From assembly GCA_028278505.1 (NCBI GenBank), contig JANQEG010000027.1, forward strand, positions 6,025 through 70,024: a stretch of 64,000 nt of DNA, given 5' to 3'. Both the position numbers and the translations under genes were made by a program. Shown piece after piece: positions 1 to 7,447 of the stretch (its first letter is position 1; each line of letters opens with the position of its first letter). The notes below the pieces were generated by a model. It saw nothing but the letters and a program-made list of their open reading frames with translations. It ran no database searches and was not told the DNA's origin. The stretch is from Rhodobiaceae bacterium (GTDB lineage: Bacteria; Pseudomonadota; Alphaproteobacteria; Rhizobiales; JAKPQE01).

Positions 1-1013
1 ATCGGCCCGATATAGTGGATCGCGCCGCGGATCCGGTCCTTGGTCTCGCGCGGCACGATGGCGGCGACCGGGCCATCGCCGATCAGCTTGACGTAGCGCT
101 TGTCGCCGCCGAACACCCGGGCAGCACCCGCGGCCACGCCTTCATCGAAGAGCCGTACCTGTCGGAAGGCCGAATGGCCCCATTCCAGGAGTTCGACGGC
201 GGCGCGCTCGCGGTCGCGCGGGCGCGCGGCGCCGCCGACCACCACGATCAGCCGCTGGCCGTCGCGCACCGCCGAACCGACCAGCCCGTAGCCCGATTCC
301 TTGACATAGCCGGTCTTCAGCCCGTCGGCGCCGATATTGCGCTTCAACAGCGGATTGCGGTTGCGCTGTAGGATCTTGTTCCAGGTGAACTCCTTCTCGC
401 CGTAATAGCGGTAGTAGTTCGGATGGACGCGGATCAGATAGCGGGCGATCTTGGCCAGATCGCGCACCGTCACCTTCATGTCGGGATCGTGCAGCCCGCT
501 CGGATTGGTGAAGTGCGAATTGCTGAGGCCGAGTTCGCGCGCCCGCTTGTTCATGCGCGCGGCAAACGCCGCTTCCGATCCGGCCATGCCCTCGGCAATG
601 ACGATTGCCGCATCATTGCCCGACTGGACGATGACGCCGCGGATGAGGTCTTCGAGCCGGATCACCGAATTGAGCTCGGCGAACATGGTCGAGCCGCCGG
701 CCGGCGCGCCGCCGGTCCGCCAGGCGTGTGTGCTGACCTTGTATTCGGTATCGAGCGTGACTTCGCCGGCCTTCAGCGCATCGAAGACGACCGCCATGGT
801 CATCAGCTTGGCGAGGCTTGCCGGCGGAAACGGTGTGTCGGGCGCGCGCCTGAACAGCACGGTGTTGGTGTCGGCGTTGAGCAGCAGCGCGTAAGGGGCC
901 TGGTCGGCGAGGCTGTCCTCGACGTCGTCCTCAGCGGCTGCGGGCGAAAGGCCCGCCGCCAGAATGGCAAGTCCGGTCAGCGCCGCCATGGCGAGCCGCT
1001 GTACTGATCGCAT
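1..1013 (-). CDS. dacA: D-alanyl-D-alanine carboxypeptidase (peptidase S11), 3' end outside window
   Basis: Manual translation of minus strand (not in ORF track): signal-like N-terminus, PPASLAKLMT (SxxK), SGND (SxN), DGLKTG (KTG). An in-frame upstream ATG at 1124 is an alternative start. Confidence 0.85.
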   Translation of the reverse strand, partial: MRSVQRLAMAALTGLAILAAGLSPAAAEDDVEDSLADQAPYALLLNADTNTVLFRRAPDTPFPPASLAKLMTMAVVFDALKAGEVTLDTEYKVSTHAWRTGGAPAGGSTMFAELNSVIRLEDLIRGVIVQSGNDAAIVIAEGMAGSEAAFAARMNKRARELGLSNSHFTNPSGLHDPDMKVTVRDLAKIARYLIRVHPNYYRYYGEKEFTWNKILQRNRNPLLKRNIGADGLKTGYVKESGYGLVGSAVRDGQRLIVVVGGAARPRDRERAAVELLEWGHSAFRQVRLFDEGVAAGAARVFGGDKRYVKLIGDGPVAAIVPRETKDRIRGAIHYIGP

Positions 1014-1199
1014 CACGCTTCGCAACGCCGCGGCGTGCCGCCGCGCGCTCTCCCAAATGTCGTCTCTCTCGTTCAGGCTCCTGCCGGTCTTGGGCAAGTG
1101 CAGGAAACGGATGAGCAATATCATCCCGGCAGCGATTCCGCGAGCCCCTGTCACATATCGGACAACGAGATTGATTGAGGATGTGGATTTGGACCGCGG

Positions 1200-2645
1200 T
1201 CAGCGGAGGATGTAGGCGCCGTTGAAACCGTTCGCCCGGGCAAGGCCGACCGCCTTTGCCGCTGCGATGCGCTCGCCAAGCCGGACGCGCACCACATGGA
1301 GCGGGGCGGCACCGCGGTCGAGCGTGGCGACCGTGACCTCGCCGAGCCCGGCCAGCGTCTTCCGCGCCCGTTCGGCGTTCGCCGCATCGGCGAACACGGC
1401 CGCCTGAAGAATCATCGGCGATATGCGGCCGGCATTTTTCGCGGCCGGCTTCGCGGTCGTACCGGTTTCCGCATCGACCAGACGGTCGATCACGTGATGG
1501 GCGGCGGCGACCCGCGACGCCGCCGCATAGGAACGTGACGGCGAAGTCGTCCGGAACGGAACCGGGTGGCCGAAAATCGGCTTCTTCTTCTTGCCGATCG
1601 AGCCGGTGATCTCCGGGGATACCGCGAGGCTGCCCCAGGCGTCGGTGTCGAGCGAGGACGGCGCGCTGCCGGACGTGGTCGTCGCCCCGGTCCGCATATT
1701 GGCCGACAGGGATTGCGGGCGGATGTCGAGCGGTGTGCCGCCGCCGGCGAGCGGACGGGTGCGCGGCGCCGGCAGTTCGGCGATTTGCGTCGGCGCACCG
1801 GCATCGAGCGGGGGAAGATCGGCGGGCTCGACCGTCCGTGGCGCCGGCGCGGGCGGGGCCTGCGAATAGCCGATGCCGCTGCGCGAACGCTCCATGCCGG
1901 GCGGCACCGAGGAGGCGTCGGCGACCATGATGGTCGGCGCCGCGCTGTCCTCGCCCGGCGTCCTCGGGCCGCCATTGACGGGCCGGCCGTTCACGGTCAG
2001 CGAGGCCATCAGATATTCCTGGTCGAGGCCGTCCATGCGCGCCTTGCCGACATATTCGACGCGCACCTTGGCGGTGCCGCGCTTCTTGTAGTCGAGCAGT
2101 TCGGCGGCGCGCTGCGAAAGATCGATGACGCGGCCATGGGCGAACGGCCCGCGGTCGTTGACGCGGACGACGACGGAGCGCGAATTGTGCAGATTGGTGA
2201 CGCGCACATAGGACGGCAGCGGCAATGTCGGGTGGGCGGCGGTCAACGCGCCCATGTCGTAGATTTCGCCATTGGCGGTCTTGCGGCCGTGGAACGCCGA
2301 GCCGTACCAGGAGGCGATGCCGGTCGCCTTATAGTTCGGATTTTCCTTCGGCCGGTACCATTTGCCGGCGATCTTGTAGGGCTTGCCCACGTGATAGCGG
2401 CCGCCGCCCTTGGGCACCGGCTTGCCGTAGCTGACCACCCGCGGGCTGGCCTTGCCGTATTGGGATTCCGGGAAATATTCCTTGCCCCTGGGCGGGTGCT
2501 TGATTTTCGAGGACGCGCCGCAGCCGGCAATGGCGATGCAGAAGATCACCACCAGGAGGCCCGTCGCCAGGCGCCGCAAATCCGAGCTGCGTGGGTCCGG
2601 ACACGCGCGGTCCGGCCGCCCTTCCCTGTCGAACATCGTTATCAT
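1200..2645 (-). CDS. rlpA: Septal ring lytic transglycosylase RlpA family lipoprotein (DPBB + C-terminal SPOR-like domain)
   Basis: Lipobox IAGC, GIASWYG..FHGRKTANGE, AAHPTLPLPS, RVNDRGPF..GRVIDLS. Confidence 0.93.
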   Translation of the reverse strand: MITMFDREGRPDRACPDPRSSDLRRLATGLLVVIFCIAIAGCGASSKIKHPPRGKEYFPESQYGKASPRVVSYGKPVPKGGGRYHVGKPYKIAGKWYRPKENPNYKATGIASWYGSAFHGRKTANGEIYDMGALTAAHPTLPLPSYVRVTNLHNSRSVVVRVNDRGPFAHGRVIDLSQRAAELLDYKKRGTAKVRVEYVGKARMDGLDQEYLMASLTVNGRPVNGGPRTPGEDSAAPTIMVADASSVPPGMERSRSGIGYSQAPPAPAPRTVEPADLPPLDAGAPTQIAELPAPRTRPLAGGGTPLDIRPQSLSANMRTGATTTSGSAPSSLDTDAWGSLAVSPEITGSIGKKKKPIFGHPVPFRTTSPSRSYAAASRVAAAHHVIDRLVDAETGTTAKPAAKNAGRISPMILQAAVFADAANAERARKTLAGLGEVTVATLDRGAAPLHVVRVRLGERIAAAKAVGLARANGFNGAYILR

Positions 2646-3372
2646 GCCGCCAAACTCGGTACATTGGTGTCGGCATGGGAACGTGAACGCACCGAAATCG
2701 CGCCGGGCACATCCGAACCGACTTCCCCAAGTCTGGCCCGAACCGCTGTTCCGGCGTCCCGGTGATCCGTCCCCACCAAAAACGTCACGACAGAGTCTCG
2801 CCCACCTCTTACCCGACCGTTAAGAACCGCCCTCACGCGCGCGGAATCCGGGCGGCGATCGATCGATAGCCTTAACATGTCATAAAGGCTGACGGAATAC
2901 GCCGGAAATGAGGCGCCCGAATGTGCCAATAGGAGACGGAGTGCGCGCGTTCGGCGATCTCTGCGGTCCGTCTGCCGAGGGGAATTCCGGACACCGGTCT
3001 TGCGATCCAGTGACTTGGGCGTCGCTGCGCCGAACGCTGCCGGCATACCGTGTTGAGCGGGGTAATGGGTCCCCGTTGCCACGGGGACGGTGGGTGGTGT
3101 TGGTTCTTGAGCACGATCTTCCACCTTCCCCGCGAAAGCGGAGAACGATTGGCCGTGCCGGAATCACAGGTGCTTGCGGTTTGTGCGCGTTCCTTTGAAA
3201 CACCCGACCACCAATGACGCGGCGCAGGCGAAGCCATCCAGTCGTTCGAGCCGCCCGCTCAAGCCTATATGACCGACGATCCTATCGCGGCGACGGCGTC
3301 GCAGCCTTGCGATGGCCGCGAGAACCGGCAACGCTTGTCAAACGGCGGCGATTACCCCATTGATGACGCTCC

Positions 3373-3462
3373 GGATGGGTGGCCGAGTGGTTGAAGGCAC
3401 CGGTCTTGAAAACCGGCAGGCGGGAGACCGTCTCGTGGGTTCGAATCCCACCCCATCCGCCA
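3373..3462 (+). tRNA. tRNA-Ser (anticodon TGA)
   Basis: Acceptor stem GGATGGG/CCCATCC, anticodon arm CCGGT-CTTGAAA-ACCGG, long variable arm, GGTTCGAATCC T-loop, encoded CCA; 90 nt. Confidence 0.97.
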
Positions 3463-3576
3463 ACAATACTGATTAATAATATGATTTAAAACATATTTTC
3501 CAGTTTGTACGGACGACGTTCCCGCAAAGGCTCCGACATCGGTCATCCCGCTTCCGACGGTCAAAGCCGTCGCCGC

Positions 3577-3598
3577 GTAAGCTTGACGCAAGCTTGGC
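3577..3598. promoter_or_regulatory. Tandem 11-bp-period repeat GTAAGCTTGAC GCAAGCTTGGC, candidate TctD (OmpR-type) binding site
   Basis: About 45 bp upstream of tcuA; near-identical tandem at 12227-12248. Confidence 0.6.
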
Positions 3599-3641
3599 GC
3601 CATAAGGGATCCGCACAATTGTTGAAGCGCGGGCCCTTAAG

Positions 3642-5036
3642 GTGACACCTGGGAAAGAAACGAACTGGGATGTGCTGGTCATCGGCGGCGGCAACGCGGC
3701 GCTGTGTGCGGCGATTACCGCGGCGGAGGCCGGGGCGCAGGCGCTCATCCTGGAAGGCGCACCAAAGGCCTATCGCGGCGGCAATTCGCGGCACACGCGG
3801 AATTTCCGCTGCATGCATTCCGGCCCGCTCGGCGTCCTCACCGACGCCTATGGCGAAGATGAGTATTTCGACGATCTCCTGAACGTCACCAAGGGCAAGA
3901 CCGATGCGGCGCTCGCCCGCATGGTCATCCGCCAATCTGAGGAATGCTATCCGTGGATGCACGATCACGGCGTCCACTTTCAACCGTCATTGTCGGGAAC
4001 GCTATCGCTGTCGCGCACCAATGCGTTTTTTCTCGGGGGCGGCAAGGCGCTGGTGAACGCCTATTACCGCACGGCGGAACGGCTCGGCGTTACCGTGCTC
4101 TACGACGCCGAAGTCACCCATATACATCTCGACGGCGGTCGCATCGCCCATGTGGACGCCCGGATCGACGGCACGCCGCAGCGCTTTGCGGCGAAGGCCG
4201 TCGTCGCCGCCGCCGGCGGATTCGAGGCCAATATCGAATGGTTGACCGAGGCCTGGGGCCCGGCCGCAGCTAACTTCCTGATCCGCGGTACGCCTTACAA
4301 TCGCGGGGCGGTGCTGAAAGATCTGCTCGACCAGGACATCGCCTCGGTCGGCGATCCCACCCAGTGCCACGCGGTGGCGATCGACGGGCGCGCGCCGAAG
4401 TTCGACGGCGGAATTGTCACACGACTCGACTGCGTGCCGTTCTCGGTCGTCGTCAACAGGCACGGAGAGCGGTTCTACGACGAGGGCGAGGACGTATGGC
4501 CGAAACGCTACGCGATCTGGGGCCGTCTGGTCGCCGCCCAGCCCGATCAGGTGGCTTATGCGATCATCGATTCAAAAAGCCTGGACCTGTTCATGCCTTC
4601 CGTGTTCCCGCCGGTGACGGCCGAAACGCTGGATGAGCTGGCGGAGAAACTGGACCTGCCGGCGCAAAAGCTCGTTGCAACGATCACGGCCTTCAACGCG
4701 GCCTGCCGGCCGGGCGATTTCTATCCGACCGAACTGGACGGTCTGGCCACCTCCGGTCTTTCCCCGGAAAAGACCAATTGGGCTCGGCCGATCGCCGAGC
4801 CGCCCTTTTACGGCTACGCGCTTCGCCCCGGCGTCACCTTCACCTATCTCGGATTGAAGGTCGACGACGGGGCACGGGTGCAGGGCCCGGAGGGCCCGAT
4901 CGACAATCTGTGGGCCGCAGGCGAGATTATGGCCGGTTCGATTCTCGGGCAAGGCTATCTGGCCGGCTTCGGCATGACGATCGGCACCGTCTTCGGGCGC
5001 ATTGCAGGCAATGAGGCGGCGGCCCATGCGCGCTGA
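3642..5036 (+). CDS. tcuA: FAD-dependent tricarballylate dehydrogenase
   Basis: DVLVIGGGNAALCAA FAD motif, RGGNSRHTRN, FFLGGGKALVN, WPKRYAIWG, GQGYLAGFGMTIG; adjacent to tcuB. Confidence 0.92.
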   Translation: MTPGKETNWDVLVIGGGNAALCAAITAAEAGAQALILEGAPKAYRGGNSRHTRNFRCMHSGPLGVLTDAYGEDEYFDDLLNVTKGKTDAALARMVIRQSEECYPWMHDHGVHFQPSLSGTLSLSRTNAFFLGGGKALVNAYYRTAERLGVTVLYDAEVTHIHLDGGRIAHVDARIDGTPQRFAAKAVVAAAGGFEANIEWLTEAWGPAAANFLIRGTPYNRGAVLKDLLDQDIASVGDPTQCHAVAIDGRAPKFDGGIVTRLDCVPFSVVVNRHGERFYDEGEDVWPKRYAIWGRLVAAQPDQVAYAIIDSKSLDLFMPSVFPPVTAETLDELAEKLDLPAQKLVATITAFNAACRPGDFYPTELDGLATSGLSPEKTNWARPIAEPPFYGYALRPGVTFTYLGLKVDDGARVQGPEGPIDNLWAAGEIMAGSILGQGYLAGFGMTIGTVFGRIAGNEAAAHAR

Positions 5037-6141
5037 AGTCAACGGTTCACGAGAAACACGCGCCGAGGCGCGACGCCAGATCGAGATCTGCAATGCCTGC
5101 CGCTATTGCGAGGGCTATTGTTCGGTGTTCCCGGCGCTCATGCGCGAGCGTTCCTTTTCGGACGCCGACATCATCCAGTTCGCCAATCTCTGCCACAATT
5201 GCCGCGGCTGCTATTACGCCTGCCAGTACACCGAACCGCACGAGTTCGCGCTCAACCTGCCGAAAGTGCTGGCCGAAGCGCGGCAGGACAGCTGGCGGGA
5301 ATACGCCTGGCCGCGCCCGCTCGCCAACCTCTTTCATGAGCGCGGCGTTGCGCTGGCCCTGGCGGTCGTTGCCGGTATTGCGGTCATCATAGGGCTCGCC
5401 CGTCTGCTCGCCCCGACCGACGGCGAGGGTTTTTACGCCTATCTCTCGCACGGAGCCATGGTGGCGATCTTCCTGCCCGCCTTCGTGTTGCCGCTTGTCG
5501 CCGTTGCCGTCTCGCTGCGGCGCTATTGGACATCGATCGGCGGCGGTACGGTGCGGCTTTCCCACGTCATTGCCGCGACCAGAGCAGCCGCGACAATGAA
5601 AGACCTCGACGGCGGCCATGGCGACGGCTGCAATTTCGAGGATGAGGACCGCTATTCCAATGGCCGCCGCCATGCGCACCAGGCCGTGCTCTACGGCTTC
5701 CTCCTGTGCTTTGCCTCCACCTCGGTCGCGACGCTGATGCACTATATCCTCGACATGCCGGCACCCTATCCGATTTACAGCCTGCCGAAACTTCTCGGCC
5801 TGCTCGGCGGCATCCTGCTTTGCCTCGGCACCGCGGTGCTCGCCCTCCTCAAAGTGAAGGCGGACAGGTCCCTCGGCGATGTCCGGGTCTGGGGCGGCGA
5901 AATGGCCTTCACCGGGCTGGTGTTCCTCGTCGCAGCTTCAGGCCTGTTGCTCTACGCGGCCACCGGCACAAGCCTCGTCATGCCGCTGCTCGCGCTCCAT
6001 CTTGGCGCAGTGCTCGCCTTCTTTCTTGCAACGCCATTCTCGAAGATGATGCACGGATTCTACCGGTGCGCCGCCCTCGTAAAAGAGGCTGCGACCTCGG
6101 GATTACGGCACTCCATCACCGATCAGGGCAACCGAATCTAA
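5026..6141 (+). CDS. tcuB: Tricarballylate utilization 4Fe-4S membrane protein
   Basis: CNACRYCEGYC and CHNCRGCYYACQY Fe-S motifs, multiple TM segments, PFSKMMHGFYR; overlaps tcuA stop. Confidence 0.92.
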   Translation: MRAEVNGSRETRAEARRQIEICNACRYCEGYCSVFPALMRERSFSDADIIQFANLCHNCRGCYYACQYTEPHEFALNLPKVLAEARQDSWREYAWPRPLANLFHERGVALALAVVAGIAVIIGLARLLAPTDGEGFYAYLSHGAMVAIFLPAFVLPLVAVAVSLRRYWTSIGGGTVRLSHVIAATRAAATMKDLDGGHGDGCNFEDEDRYSNGRRHAHQAVLYGFLLCFASTSVATLMHYILDMPAPYPIYSLPKLLGLLGGILLCLGTAVLALLKVKADRSLGDVRVWGGEMAFTGLVFLVAASGLLLYAATGTSLVMPLLALHLGAVLAFFLATPFSKMMHGFYRCAALVKEAATSGLRHSITDQGNRI

Positions 6142-6155
6142 CCGGAGTATTTCAG

Positions 6156-7436
6156 ATGCAAATCACGGGCATGCTCTACGGCAGTCGCTTGCTGCGCCAT
6201 GTCGGGTTTCCGGCAACGGAAATCCTCGGGCCGGGCGCGAGCGAGGACGAGATCCGCGATCTGATCGAACGCCATCAGACGATCTTCATCAAGCCGCTGT
6301 TCAAGGGCGGGATCGGCAAGAAGGGCAAGGCCGGCCTGATCGGCAAGGCGCAGGATCTCAAAACCGCGCTTGCGGAAAAGGAACGGCTCTATTTCGCCGA
6401 GCACCGGCACGGCAATGCCGTGGCCAAAGCCAACGGCGTCACCTTCGAGGCCGGCGTTCCGGCCGAGCACGAGGTCTATTTCTCGATCACCGACGATACG
6501 CGCTATCGAGCGCCGACGATGACGTTGACCCATAAGGGCGGCATCGAGATCGAGGAATTGGACAAATCCGAAATCGCCACCGTGCCCTTCGACGCCCTGA
6601 CCGGGCTGAAGGCCTTTGTCGTCGCCAATGCGCTTAGCGACATCAACGCATCGAAAGAGGTCATCTCGCCGCTCGTCCAGCAACTGCCGAAACTGTGGGA
6701 GCTGATGCACCATTACGGCATGACGACGCTGGAGCTCAATCCGATCCGCATGCGGCCGGGCAAGGGCGGGCGGCTGACGCCGGTCGCCTGCGATTTCAAA
6801 TGCGGCTTCGACCGCGACGATCCGCGCGTCGCCCGGCTCGGCCTGCCCGACCATCTGTTCGCTTCCGACATCTCGGCATTCGAGCAGGAGGTCAATCTGC
6901 TCAGAACCCATCAGGGCCAGTCGGATGTCTTCGTCATCAACGATCAGGGCACGATCCTGGCGCCGACCTTCGGCGGCGGCGCCAACAGCCTGGTCACCGA
7001 AGTGCTCGGCGACGCGGCGATCATCTCGTCCGATTTCGGCGGCAATCCGCCCTATGAGAAGATGAAGGCGGTGGCGTCGATCTGCTACCGCCATTTCCTG
7101 AAGCAGACCAACGTGCTCTTCATCATCGGCGGCAAATCCAACAACACCGACATCTTCGAGACCTTCCGCGGCATGGGCGACGCGCTGCGCGAGCATTTCT
7201 CCGCGCACGGGCCGACGCCGCTTTACGTGGTCGTCGGCCGCGGCGGCCCTAACCTCGTTCGCGGCCTGGGCAATCTGGCGGAGACCTGCGACGCGCTCGG
7301 CCTGCCCTACCGGTTCTTCGGCTTCGACAGCGCGATTTCCGAAGTCGTCAACTACGCCAAGGACGTCGACAAATGGATGCGCGGCGGCGGCCGGGCGGAA
7401 ATCGCCCGCCTGATCGGCGCCAGTGAAGCAGTTTGA
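6156..7436 (+). CDS. aclB: ATP citrate lyase beta-like subunit (ATP-grasp + citrate-binding domain)
   Basis: IKP..GGIGKKGKAGL ATP-grasp, LELNP, FGGGANS, IIGGKSNNTD, GRGGPN resembling ACL citrate-binding motifs; GGAG RBS. Confidence 0.75.
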   Translation: MQITGMLYGSRLLRHVGFPATEILGPGASEDEIRDLIERHQTIFIKPLFKGGIGKKGKAGLIGKAQDLKTALAEKERLYFAEHRHGNAVAKANGVTFEAGVPAEHEVYFSITDDTRYRAPTMTLTHKGGIEIEELDKSEIATVPFDALTGLKAFVVANALSDINASKEVISPLVQQLPKLWELMHHYGMTTLELNPIRMRPGKGGRLTPVACDFKCGFDRDDPRVARLGLPDHLFASDISAFEQEVNLLRTHQGQSDVFVINDQGTILAPTFGGGANSLVTEVLGDAAIISSDFGGNPPYEKMKAVASICYRHFLKQTNVLFIIGGKSNNTDIFETFRGMGDALREHFSAHGPTPLYVVVGRGGPNLVRGLGNLAETCDALGLPYRFFGFDSAISEVVNYAKDVDKWMRGGGRAEIARLIGASEAV

Positions 7437-7447
7437 GGCCGAAGACA

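Noticed and set aside
3373-3462. Selenocysteine tRNA
   Set aside because: Anticodon is TGA (Ser), not TCA, and the acceptor stem is 7 bp.
5706-6155. N-terminal extension of aclB, and similar extensions in the ORF track for tctE, prpF, btaA, trkH, rluC and the permease
   Set aside because: They overlap upstream genes or repeats; downstream starts fit RBS position or family N-termini better.
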